From the NCBI GenBank assembly GCA_043821645.1, contig JBDRCO010000003.1, positions 64,001 to 128,000 on the forward strand: DNA of 64,000 nt, read 5' to 3'. Position 1 is the stretch's first letter, and every line of letters begins with the position of its first letter. Both the position numbers and the translations under genes were made by a program. The DNA is from Pseudomonadota bacterium (GTDB taxonomy: Bacteria > Myxococcota > JACRCW01 > JAFGSX01). The notes under the pieces were generated by a model. The model saw only the letters and a program-made list of their open reading frames with translations. It was not told where the DNA came from and did not search any database. Below are positions 46,516-55,665 of the stretch, piece by piece.

Positions 46516-47772
46516 ATGCGCATCCTGGTGCTCTCCGGTGGCGGTCGCGGCGATATGCAGCCCTACGCAGCCCTGGCCAGTGGCTTCCGCCAGGCCGGCT
46601 GCGAGGTGACGCTGGCCTGCGTGCCCGAGTTCACCTTCCTGCTCGAGGGTCGAGGCATCGAGCCCTGGATAAGCGATGTCAAGGTCAAGGAGCTGTTCGA
46701 GAGCGACGACGCCATCGAAATGTTCGCCTCGGGCAAGAACCCCGTTCGTATGGTGCGCCTGTTCACGCGCCTGATGATCCCTGTCCTCGAGCAGGGCATG
46801 GCCGACCTGATGCGCGTCATTCCAGGGGTGGACGGGCTGGTGCTGTCGTCGATGAGCTTCCTCACTGGCACTGGGGGGATGGAGCGCGTCGGTGTGCCTA
46901 CCGTCGCCGCCTATCCCTTCCCGACAGCCGCCTCGCGCGAGTACCCTGCGATTCTGGCTCCGCCCCTGCCGTCGTGGCTGCCGGGTCGCTCGCTGTACAA
47001 CCGCGTGAGCCACTGGCTGCTTGCCCGGCTCATCCACTTCTTCCTGGGCCGGCACCACCTGCGCATCATGGAGCGGCTGCCCCTGCCATCCCGCCCCGCG
47101 CCATTGCCCCTGCCACTTCTTTTCGGCTTCAGCCCGCAGGTGTTCGCACGGCCAGCAGACTGGCCCACCCATACCAGCATCACCGGCTACTGGTTCCTCG
47201 ACCGCCTGCCAGGCTGGACGCCACCGGCCGAGCTCGCGGCGTTTCTCGACGCTGGCGAACCGCCCGTGTATGTGGGCTTCGGTTCGATGAATACCCGTGA
47301 CCCGGCTGCCGCCACGTCACTGGTCTGCCAGGCGCTGGAGCGCGCGGGTCGTCGTGGCATCCTGGTAACAGGGATGGGCGGTCTGCGCCGCGAGGACCTT
47401 CCCTCGCACGTGCTCGCCCTGGACAGCGTTCCTCACGACTGGCTGTTCGAGCAGGTGGCAGCGGTTGTGCACCACGGCGGAGCAGGTACCACGGCAGCGG
47501 GTTTGCGCGCTGGCAAGCCGACGATCTGCGTGCCGCACATGGCCGATCAGTTCTTCTGGTCGCGGCGCGTGCTCGAACTCGGCGTCGGGCCACGGCCCAT
47601 CTCGCGCAAGCGGCTCAGCGTCGAGGCCCTAACCCAGGCCATACAGACTGCGACGACGGATCGTGGGATGCAGCAACAAGCCACCGTGCTGGGCGAGCGC
47701 ATCCGTCAGGAGCGCGGCGTCGACGAGGCCGTGGAGCGAGCCCTGCAGCATTTTCGACAGGGTCGGGCGTAG
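46516..47772 (+). CDS. GT1/GT28-type glycosyltransferase (sterol 3-beta-glucosyltransferase-like)
   Basis: GRGDMQP, YVGFGSM, PHDWLF, HHGGAGTT, DQFFW; AGGAG RBS; divergent from crtE. Confidence 0.88.
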   Translation: MRILVLSGGGRGDMQPYAALASGFRQAGCEVTLACVPEFTFLLEGRGIEPWISDVKVKELFESDDAIEMFASGKNPVRMVRLFTRLMIPVLEQGMADLMRVIPGVDGLVLSSMSFLTGTGGMERVGVPTVAAYPFPTAASREYPAILAPPLPSWLPGRSLYNRVSHWLLARLIHFFLGRHHLRIMERLPLPSRPAPLPLPLLFGFSPQVFARPADWPTHTSITGYWFLDRLPGWTPPAELAAFLDAGEPPVYVGFGSMNTRDPAAATSLVCQALERAGRRGILVTGMGGLRREDLPSHVLALDSVPHDWLFEQVAAVVHHGGAGTTAAGLRAGKPTICVPHMADQFFWSRRVLELGVGPRPISRKRLSVEALTQAIQTATTDRGMQQQATVLGERIRQERGVDEAVERALQHFRQGRA

Positions 47773-47905
47773 CTTCGGGCCATTCCAAGGCCGGGTCCGC
47801 TGGCGGGCAGAGCGGCGCCCGAGTGCGGTGCACTCGTGCAGGGCTGTGGTCCGATTCAGGGGTTCGTGACGACGGAAGAAGAAGAGTGGACGCCGGGGAG
47901 CGGGC

Positions 47906-49921
47906 TCAGCCGCCGTTGTCCTCGCCCACGGACTTCATGTAGATCTCCTTGACCAGCTTGGGATCCACAAAGGGGTTGCGGCTGTTGGTGCCGGACCAGT
48001 TGGCAAAGCCCGCAGGCCGCCACAAGAAGTCCGGGTTCTCGCTCATCCAGCCGCCGTTGACGGCCTTGCCGTTCTGGTCGTGCTCCACCCAGTACTCGTA
48101 GGTCTTGGGGTAGTTCGACTCGCCGAAGAAGACATCCATGGTGTACTTGGTGATCTCGCCGTCGCCAGCCGGGCCGTTGTGACCGCCCTCGGTGGGCCGT
48201 GCCGCACCCTCGAGCTTGACGCCGTCCTTGAGGTCGGCCTTCCAGAAGTTGTAGTTCCACACGTGCTCGCCGGAGTCGCGGTCCATGGCGGCGGGCTTCT
48301 TGTCCTCGCCCAGCCACTTGATCATGGTGTCGTGGAACGCCATGGGGCTGATGTCCTTGGGATCCTCGTGGGTCAGCGAGGCGATGTCCGCGGCCTTGAC
48401 CGTGCGGGTGGTGCCACCGGGGATCTGGATCTCGAGGTCCTTGTCGACCTTGTTCAGGGTCAGGGTGTCGCCGGACCGCTTCATGTTCGCGGTGTTGTAG
48501 TCGAGGTTCGTGGTGATGGTGCCGCGCAGCGTCTCGCCGCTCTTGAGGCGGATGGTGTCGGCTTCCTTGTCGTAACGATTGCCCTCGAAGTCCGTGCCCT
48601 GGGCCTGGCTGTTCGCCAGCACCGTGAGCAAGCCGCGGATGTCCTGCTTGGTGAAGGTCACGCCGTCGATGGTGACGTCCTTCTGGGGATCCTTGAACAG
48701 GATGCCGGCCAGGGCGACCTTGTCGCAGCTGCCCCACCAGCCCACGCTCATGGTGTTGTCGACCTTGCCGTCGCCGCCGCTGTGCGTGTAGTACACCTGC
48801 GCCGCCTCGGCGTCGGTCAGCTTGGTGCCGTCGGGCTTCGAGAACTCGTACTTCTCGATCTTGCCGTCGGCGCCGCGCACGTCCTTGCGGCTCAGGTCCA
48901 CGACCTTGTCACCGTCCTTGAGCTTGGGCTTGAGTGCGTCGCGGCTGTAGACGGGCGCGAAGTTGCCCCGGGCATCCAGGAAGTCAACCTTGACGCCCTC
49001 GCTGATCTTGCCGTCGCCGTCAAAGTCCACGCCCGTGGTCTTCTCGGCGTTGTTCTCGCTGATGGTGGAGTTGGGGATGAACTCACCCTTGCTGGCGCGG
49101 TCACCGATGAGCCAGTTCAGGGCCGGCTTGCGCTCGAACTCCAGCGCCTTGGCTCTGTCGTCCATGCCGCGGGCGCGCAGCAGGCCGTCGAGCTTGTCCA
49201 GGGGGCCGCTCTTGGCCCACAGGTTGGAGGCCGGGCTGCCCGGCTGATCCATGTCGCCCGAACCGGCCATGGGCCAGTAGGTGGTGGTCCACACCTGGTG
49301 GTCGGCTTCCATGACGCGGCGGTCAAACTTGGTGGGGTCCGTGCCCCTGGCGGCTTCCTTGAGGTCGGAGATGGTGTCCTTGTCGGTGTCGACCTTGTCG
49401 TAGCCCTTGGCCGCGCTGTTCTGACCCGCCTTGAGCAGGTCGTCGGTGGCCTTGTCGAGCTCCTTGGGATCCAGGTTGGGCTGGGCTGCGGCCAGGCCCT
49501 TCATTTTGCCCGCGTACTCGGAGAACAGGGCAAAGGCTTGCGACGGATTCGCGTCGAGCTCGGACTTGCGGCTTTGGTATTCCGCGGTGAAGGCGTCGCC
49601 TGCCTTGTGAAAGTCGGTCAGGCTGTTGACACCGGTCGAGGCCGGGCCCGGAGTCACCGGATCCGGGGTTGGCGGCGCGGTCGGGGTCGTCGGCGCCGGG
49701 TCGTCGAGCTTGATCTTGAGGAACTTGGCCAGCTTCTGCTTGGCGTCGGGGTCAAACTTGTCGGCATGCTGCTCGAGGATCTGCTTGAGTTCGTTCTTTT
49801 CGGCCTTGGTGACGCCGAACCAGTCCTTGGCCTTGTTGATGAGCTTGTCGACTTCGCCCTTGTCGATCTTGTTGTCGGCGAGGATGGCGGTCTGCAACTT
49901 GCGAATTCCGCTGACGGTCAT
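47906..49921 (-). CDS. Transglutaminase-elicitor-like Cys protein with Ca-binding-like motifs, no signal peptide
   Basis: WTTTYWP, GWWGSCD, DIRGLL, VWNY, YEYW, NPDFLWRP; DTDKDTISD..GTDP and DFDGDG; GGAGGAGG RBS before ATG 49921. Confidence 0.6.
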   Translation of the reverse strand: MTVSGIRKLQTAILADNKIDKGEVDKLINKAKDWFGVTKAEKNELKQILEQHADKFDPDAKQKLAKFLKIKLDDPAPTTPTAPPTPDPVTPGPASTGVNSLTDFHKAGDAFTAEYQSRKSELDANPSQAFALFSEYAGKMKGLAAAQPNLDPKELDKATDDLLKAGQNSAAKGYDKVDTDKDTISDLKEAARGTDPTKFDRRVMEADHQVWTTTYWPMAGSGDMDQPGSPASNLWAKSGPLDKLDGLLRARGMDDRAKALEFERKPALNWLIGDRASKGEFIPNSTISENNAEKTTGVDFDGDGKISEGVKVDFLDARGNFAPVYSRDALKPKLKDGDKVVDLSRKDVRGADGKIEKYEFSKPDGTKLTDAEAAQVYYTHSGGDGKVDNTMSVGWWGSCDKVALAGILFKDPQKDVTIDGVTFTKQDIRGLLTVLANSQAQGTDFEGNRYDKEADTIRLKSGETLRGTITTNLDYNTANMKRSGDTLTLNKVDKDLEIQIPGGTTRTVKAADIASLTHEDPKDISPMAFHDTMIKWLGEDKKPAAMDRDSGEHVWNYNFWKADLKDGVKLEGAARPTEGGHNGPAGDGEITKYTMDVFFGESNYPKTYEYWVEHDQNGKAVNGGWMSENPDFLWRPAGFANWSGTNSRNPFVDPKLVKEIYMKSVGEDNGG

Positions 49922-50030
49922 CTTGAATCCTCCTCCGTCCGCAGGGACGGTCTTTGACTGGACCACGACCTGCTCACCCTGAGGGGAGCCGCCTGCCTCT
50001 CTTTATTATCATGGGTCGGAGTTTGGCGGA

Positions 50031-50969
50031 TCAGGGCAGCTGGGGTACCTGAATGACCTGATCACCTGGACTTACGCGGGTCTCTGTCCCTTCCTTGCTC
50101 TCGTCAGCGCCCCCGGCGGCGCTGTCCCCCGAAACCTGGCCCTGGGTCTCTGTCCCCTCTTGGCTCCTCTCGTTCTCTTTGTCCCCTTGAACGTGCCCCC
50201 CCTGAGATCCGGCCTCTGCGTCGCGTCCCGCGTCAGGCTCTGGGCGTGCGCTGTCCTGAGCCTGCAATCTCAGCAGGCCGGCCGGGGCAGGCAGGCGCTC
50301 GACATGCAGGCTGTCGACGCTATCCAGGTCGGCCAGCATCTTCTCGACCGCCCGTGAGAGCAGCTCGGACAGGGCGCGGGCCGCGAGGGAGAAGTTGCGA
50401 TCCGCGAGATGCTCACGCTCGTCGAAGGTCATGTTGTACAGGGCTTCTCCCGTCGAGAAGCGGGTGAGCTGCAGGGACAGGGAGAGGTGGGCAAACCAGA
50501 TTTCTCCGGAGTCATACACCTCGATGGCGTGCAGGTTACCGGACAGGTTGAAGTCGGGGCGGCGCTCCCCCAGCTCGCGGGTGACGCCTTCAAAGCGCCT
50601 GCTCTCCTTGAGGGACTGGGCGATGAAGTCGCTGATCATGCGCTTGGGCTTGGCCACCCAGACGTGGTGGTCGTCATAGCGCAGTTCGTAAGGGTTGCGC
50701 CGGACAGCGATCTGGAACTTCTCGTACACCGCATCGGAGTGCAGGGTGCGAACCCTCACCAACCCTCGCAGCGGTCGCTGACCGTAATCCAGGGCTGTCT
50801 TGCCGTGCAGCACGAAGTAGCTTTGCTCCTGCTCGACGCGGCCGAAGCAGGTGGCGCCGGCGAGGGCCAGGGTCAGCCCAGTGAGGCCAATGGCGCACAG
50901 CCCCCGCAGCCACAGGCCGCGTGCCGGACGACGGAGGGAAGGGGACCAGGCCTGGACGCTCCTGTTCAT
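50031..50969 (-). CDS. ABC-type transport auxiliary lipoprotein (PqiC-like)
   Basis: Lipobox-like AGATC, 'YDDHHVWVAKP' signature, downstream of the MCE gene. Confidence 0.8.
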   Translation of the reverse strand: MNRSVQAWSPSLRRPARGLWLRGLCAIGLTGLTLALAGATCFGRVEQEQSYFVLHGKTALDYGQRPLRGLVRVRTLHSDAVYEKFQIAVRRNPYELRYDDHHVWVAKPKRMISDFIAQSLKESRRFEGVTRELGERRPDFNLSGNLHAIEVYDSGEIWFAHLSLSLQLTRFSTGEALYNMTFDEREHLADRNFSLAARALSELLSRAVEKMLADLDSVDSLHVERLPAPAGLLRLQAQDSARPEPDAGRDAEAGSQGGHVQGDKENERSQEGTETQGQVSGDSAAGGADESKEGTETRVSPGDQVIQVPQLP

Positions 50970-50982
50970 GGTCTGCTCCTGG

Positions 50983-52008
50983 TCACTCGGTACCGCGGAT
51001 CAAGGTCGACGGATCCTGGGCGATGATGCGGCTGAATTCACGGATGTCCTCGGTGGCGTCCTGCAGGTTGCTCAGGCTTTGCACGAAGTCCTCGCGTCCG
51101 GCGCGAACCGCCACATCGACGTTCTCGATGAGGGCGGTCATGTACTGCAGCGAGGCCAGCAAGTCCGCGATGGCTTTGCCAAGCTCGGCATTGGACAATC
51201 GCTGGTCCAGCTTTGCCACGGCCTCGCGGGTGGTGACCACTACGCGTGCCACCTCGGCCTCGTCGATCCGTGACAGCGGGCGCCGCACTTCTTGCAGAGT
51301 TCTCTCGGCTTCCTTGAGGGCGGCGATGGCTTCTGTGCGCACCTGCACCAGCGAACGCTCGGCCTCGGCGGCCACCAGGGTGACCTGGGCGCTTGCACGC
51401 CCGACTTCCTCGAGGGTCCTGTTGAAGGTCTCCTTGTTCTGGACGATGAAGCCGTCGGCGTCGCTGGCCAGCTGGGTGGCGCTGTCGACCAGCTTCTCGA
51501 CGCGCATGCGATTCTCGGCCCGGGTCCACAGCGCCAGCTCGTTGGCCACCATCTCGATCTTGAGTGCGATCTGCTCGGCCTGGCCTGTGAGCCGATGCAC
51601 CAGTGATGGCCCGACCTCGATGCGGGTGCCGGGCTCCATGACGCCGCTGGTGGGATCACCCGGGATCAGGTTGATGGACTTGAGGCCGGTGATGCCGCCC
51701 ATGTCGAGCACAGCCTGTGTTCCAATGTAGAGGGGTGTGCCAGGCACCAGGGCCAGGGTCACCTCGATGGCCATGGGGTCGTCGCTGGCGATGCCCATCT
51801 CGCGCACGTTGCCCACGCGCAGGCCGCGGTAGGTGACGGGTGCGCTGACCTCGAGGCCTGACACGCTCTCGGTGAAGCGCGTGCTGTAGACGTCGCGGTG
51901 CTCCCAGATCTTGAGGCCCGCCAGCACCAGCCCCAGCCCCACGAACAGCACGCTGCCCGTGATGACGAAGGCGCCCAGCCGCACCTTCTGTGCTCTCGAC
52001 AGCTTCAC
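50983..52008 (-). CDS. mlaD: MCE/MlaD family protein with long helical C-terminus
   Basis: N-terminal TM, SVSGLEVSAPVTYRGLRVGNV, GITG. Confidence 0.88.
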   Translation of the reverse strand: MKLSRAQKVRLGAFVITGSVLFVGLGLVLAGLKIWEHRDVYSTRFTESVSGLEVSAPVTYRGLRVGNVREMGIASDDPMAIEVTLALVPGTPLYIGTQAVLDMGGITGLKSINLIPGDPTSGVMEPGTRIEVGPSLVHRLTGQAEQIALKIEMVANELALWTRAENRMRVEKLVDSATQLASDADGFIVQNKETFNRTLEEVGRASAQVTLVAAEAERSLVQVRTEAIAALKEAERTLQEVRRPLSRIDEAEVARVVVTTREAVAKLDQRLSNAELGKAIADLLASLQYMTALIENVDVAVRAGREDFVQSLSNLQDATEDIREFSRIIAQDPSTLIRGTE

Positions 52009-52802
52009 GGCGTGCCCCCCTCGTGCAACGTGGCCAGCAGCGACGCCGGGCGTGCGGTGGCGGCGCTGGGACTGCGATCAAAAAAGGCCCGGACCTCGGG
52101 GTGGTCGTGCCGGCGCACGTCGCCGAGGGCGCCGCTCACCAGCACCTGGCCACCTGACAGCATGGTGGCGTGGTCGGCGATGGCTACGATGCTGGGCAAT
52201 TCGTGGGTCACGATGACAACGGCCATGTCGAAGCGGTCGCGCAGGCTCAGGATGAGGTCGTCGAGCTGGGCCGCGGTCACCGGGTCGAGGCCGGCACTGG
52301 GCTCGTCACAGAACAGCACCAGCGGATCCAGGGCCATCGCGCGGGCCAGGGCCGCGCGTTTCTTCATGCCGCCGGACAGGCTGGGCGGAGTGAGTCTGGC
52401 CGCGTGGCTGAGGCCCACCAGGCTCAGCTTCATCATCACCATCTCGTCGACGACACGGCGGGGCAGGGTGGGTGCGAACTCGAGGATGGGCAAGGCCACG
52501 TTCTCGTGAATGGTCAGGGCGTTGAGCAGGGCGCCGCCCTGAAACAGCATGCCCACCCGCGACAGCACCCGGGTCCACTCGGCTTCTTCAGCCTGCACGC
52601 GGTCGACCCCGAGGAGCCGAACCGACCCCTGGGTGGGTTCGAGCAGGCCGATGATGTGCTTGAGCAGCGTGCTCTTGCCGCAGCCGGAGCCGCCGAGGAT
52701 GGCGTGGATCTGGCGTGGTGCGACGCGCAGGTTCACGCCGCGCAGCACGTCAACGTCGACGTAGCGCGCCCACAGACCCTCGACCTCGACCACGTACTGC
52801 AC
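52005..52802 (-). CDS. mlaF: MlaF-type ABC ATPase
   Basis: GGSGCGKS, LSGGMKKR, DEPSAGLDP, VTH. Confidence 0.92.
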   Translation of the reverse strand: MQYVVEVEGLWARYVDVDVLRGVNLRVAPRQIHAILGGSGCGKSTLLKHIIGLLEPTQGSVRLLGVDRVQAEEAEWTRVLSRVGMLFQGGALLNALTIHENVALPILEFAPTLPRRVVDEMVMMKLSLVGLSHAARLTPPSLSGGMKKRAALARAMALDPLVLFCDEPSAGLDPVTAAQLDDLILSLRDRFDMAVVIVTHELPSIVAIADHATMLSGGQVLVSGALGDVRRHDHPEVRAFFDRSPSAATARPASLLATLHEGGTP

Positions 52803-52816
52803 GGCTCTGGCTCCCC

Positions 52817-53878
52817 CTAGAAGCTGAAGTAGAAGGTCAAGCTGGCCACCGCGTCGGCCACGATGACGGCAAAGATGCTGGCCACCACGCTGAGGGTGGC
52901 ACTGCGGCCCACGGCGTCGGCGCCACCGCGGGTGCGCAGGCCAACCACCGCGCCAATGGTGACGATGAGCTGGGCAAACACCACGGCCTTGAACAGTCCG
53001 ACCAGCAGATCCTTGAGCTGAAGCGAGCCCAGCAGACGTTCGACAAAGGCCTCGGGACCCACCCCCAGGTAGATGATGGCGACGAGAAAGCCACCCAGGA
53101 TGCCCAGCAGGTCAGCGAGCACTGTGAGCAGGGGTTGGGTGATGGTGATGGCGATGAACTTGGGCAGCACCAGAAAGCGCACCGGGTTGAGGCCCATGGT
53201 GCGCAGGGCGTCGATCTCCTCGGACACCACCATGGTGCCAAGCTCCGCTGCGACCGCGGAGCCGGAGCGCCCCGCCACCACGATGGCGGTGATGAGCGGG
53301 CCTAGCTCGCGGGTGAGCGAGACACCGATGAGGTCCGCGACAAAGATGTTGGCCCCGAACTGTCTGAGCTGGGCCGCACTCTGCAGGGCGATGGTGCCGC
53401 CGATGAGAAAGGCGATGAGCCCGACCACGCCCAGCGCCTGCGAGCCCATGGCCGCCATCTCGAAGTTCACGATGGGCCAGCGGATCTCTCGTGGGCGCAG
53501 GATCCCGCGCACGCCGTACCAGGCCAGGTCCGCGCACAGCAACAGGTACTCGAGCAGGGCCTCGCGAAGCTCCGCCGCACGCTCGCCCACGCTCTCGACC
53601 AGGCCCGCGACCCGCGGCCGCTCGGGCGCTTCGCGCACGAAGGGCATGAGGTCGAGCATGCGCGCCACGTCCGGGCTGGCGTTGCGCAGGTGCAGCGACC
53701 GGCCTTCGTGATCCGCGCGCCGTCTGAGCTGTGCGATCCAGGCCGCGCCCGCGCTGTCGATCTCGGTGACCTGTTGCAGGTCCAGCTCGACCGGTCCCGT
53801 TCCCGACCACGTGGCCTCGAGCGCAGCCGACACCGGCGCGATCTGATCCCTGGTGAGCTGTGCGCTGTTCACCTGCAT
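52817..53878 (-). CDS. mlaE: MlaE permease with N-terminal STAS domain
   Basis: IDSAG STAS motif, RELGPLITAIVVAGRSGS, EEIDAL; ATG overlaps the upstream TGA (TGATG). Confidence 0.92.
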   Translation of the reverse strand: MQVNSAQLTRDQIAPVSAALEATWSGTGPVELDLQQVTEIDSAGAAWIAQLRRRADHEGRSLHLRNASPDVARMLDLMPFVREAPERPRVAGLVESVGERAAELREALLEYLLLCADLAWYGVRGILRPREIRWPIVNFEMAAMGSQALGVVGLIAFLIGGTIALQSAAQLRQFGANIFVADLIGVSLTRELGPLITAIVVAGRSGSAVAAELGTMVVSEEIDALRTMGLNPVRFLVLPKFIAITITQPLLTVLADLLGILGGFLVAIIYLGVGPEAFVERLLGSLQLKDLLVGLFKAVVFAQLIVTIGAVVGLRTRGGADAVGRSATLSVVASIFAVIVADAVASLTFYFSF

Positions 53879-55500
53879 CACAGGAACTGAAAGCTGAAGC
53901 GCAAGCGCAGGTCGTGCTCCAGCTGGTTGTTGCGCGACAGGGAGTTGTCGCGCAGGTAGCGCATCACGTAGTTGATGCTGACGTACTCGGTGATCTTGAT
54001 GGCCAGGTTGCCCTCGACCTTGACCACGGTATCGATGACGTCGCCGATGGGAACTAGCCCGTCGACCTCGACCACGCCGACAGCCCACTGGCTGATCCGG
54101 GCTACCACCAGCAGTCCTCCCTCGACACCGACGCGGTTGATGGACGACACCAGCTGGTAGGCCTGCACGGGGTCGTCGGGTTCGCTGGTGAGCTGCATCA
54201 GGTGCCCGGTCAAGCGATGGCGCGCGCCGACACCGACCCGGGTGGTCATCTCCAGGTAGGACACCTTGAGCAACCGCAGGTTGAGCCCGCTGCCTTCCTC
54301 GATGTTGGTCAGCCCGAGCGGTCCACGCAGCAGCAGGTTGTTGGCTCCGCGCAGCTGCTGTTTCAGGCTTCCCTCGGCATCAAAGATGTTCACGTCCTGC
54401 GGGCTGTCGAAGTAGCGACGCGTCTCCAGGGCGTTGGTCTCGACGCTGAGGTGCAGGTAGGGGCCTATCCAGGGTCGCAGTTTGTACACGTACAGCCCGT
54501 CGAGATCGATGCGGTCGTCGCTGGTCTGCCAGGGCACGTCCGGCAGCTTGCTCATGCCCTCTTCGATCTGCAGGCGCAGGATCAAGGGGCTGTCCAGGAT
54601 CTGGGCGCCCAGCTTGGCGTCGACGAAGGCCCTGAAGGCATAGGTCTCTCCGTCGACAGCACCCAGCACGTTGCGGTTGGAACTCAGGTTGGCGTCACCG
54701 CCCAGGATCAGGGCCGCGCGCAGGGCGCCGGGTTTGTCCTGGAACAGCTCATCGGCCATGACCTCGCCCGCACCCTTGAAGTCGCCGGTCTCTTCGTCGA
54801 CCACCAGCAAGAAGTGGGTCAGTCGCTTGTCGGCCAAGCGCACCGTGGCAAAGTCGCGGCGAGCGCGGTAGGTCTCGCCCACGCGCACGATCTTGTACAG
54901 GCCAGGCCGCAGCATCCAGGTGGGCAGGGACTCGCCGGCCTGCTCGTCCACGCCGTAGCCGGTGCCGATGTACTCGCGATTCTCGACGCGGATGATCTCG
55001 TAGGACTGGCGCACGCTGTTCAGGTTCTCGTCGACGACGTGCACCACCATGCCAGCCCAGGACACCGGGACCACGCTGGTGTGCAGCTCGCGCACCTTCA
55101 CCTGGGTGTGAAAGCGCTCCTGGGTTGAGCCCGAGCCCAGGCGCACGCTGTAGGTGCCCGGTTCCACGATCAGGCGGCGTCCGGTGGTGCCCTGGGCCAC
55201 GCGACGTTCGCCGGCCCACACCGAGACCAGGGGCTCATCAAGGGGCCTGGTCATGGCAGGCACGAAGATGGCACCCATGCCGAAGGGGATCAGGGTGGCG
55301 TCGGCGCCGAGCTGGGCTGCGATGGTGCCCGCGGGCCAGCCGTGTTCTTCCTTCAGCACACTGTCTGGGGCTAGCGCCTCCACCGCATGTACGCTCCGCG
55401 GAGCGACCGCTGCCAGAGTCCAGCAGACCAGCAGGACCGTCCACGCGCGGTGCTGCCTCCACCGAGTCTTGTACCGCTGTATTGTGCTCGTGCTGGTCAC
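53878..55500 (-). CDS. Probable outer-membrane protein (N-terminal PEGA-like domains + C-terminal beta-barrel)
   Basis: Signal peptide, EPGTYSVRLG / RPGLYKI repeats, amphipathic strands, terminal RFSFQFL; start approximate. Confidence 0.65.
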   Translation of the reverse strand: MTSTSTIQRYKTRWRQHRAWTVLLVCWTLAAVAPRSVHAVEALAPDSVLKEEHGWPAGTIAAQLGADATLIPFGMGAIFVPAMTRPLDEPLVSVWAGERRVAQGTTGRRLIVEPGTYSVRLGSGSTQERFHTQVKVRELHTSVVPVSWAGMVVHVVDENLNSVRQSYEIIRVENREYIGTGYGVDEQAGESLPTWMLRPGLYKIVRVGETYRARRDFATVRLADKRLTHFLLVVDEETGDFKGAGEVMADELFQDKPGALRAALILGGDANLSSNRNVLGAVDGETYAFRAFVDAKLGAQILDSPLILRLQIEEGMSKLPDVPWQTSDDRIDLDGLYVYKLRPWIGPYLHLSVETNALETRRYFDSPQDVNIFDAEGSLKQQLRGANNLLLRGPLGLTNIEEGSGLNLRLLKVSYLEMTTRVGVGARHRLTGHLMQLTSEPDDPVQAYQLVSSINRVGVEGGLLVVARISQWAVGVVEVDGLVPIGDVIDTVVKVEGNLAIKITEYVSINYVMRYLRDNSLSRNNQLEHDLRLRFSFQFL

Positions 55501-55665
55501 GGCCGGCCATGATAGGAGGCAAGGCGCAGGTCGTCCACCCCGGCGACGACAGGTCGGAACCATCCAGTACGGACGTGAGCATTGAACCCTGGCCCCTGCT
55601 CGCTATCCTGAGAACCATCCCCGTCTCGCCACCTGGCAGATCTCGGGGTGCAGGGAGCCGATGGC

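Noticed and set aside
48080-49957. Long antisense ORFs (also 3904-5655, 10881-13076, 36615-38390, 37801-39030, 55603-57681)
   Set aside because: Typical high-GC mirror frames opposite well-supported genes, with no family motifs.
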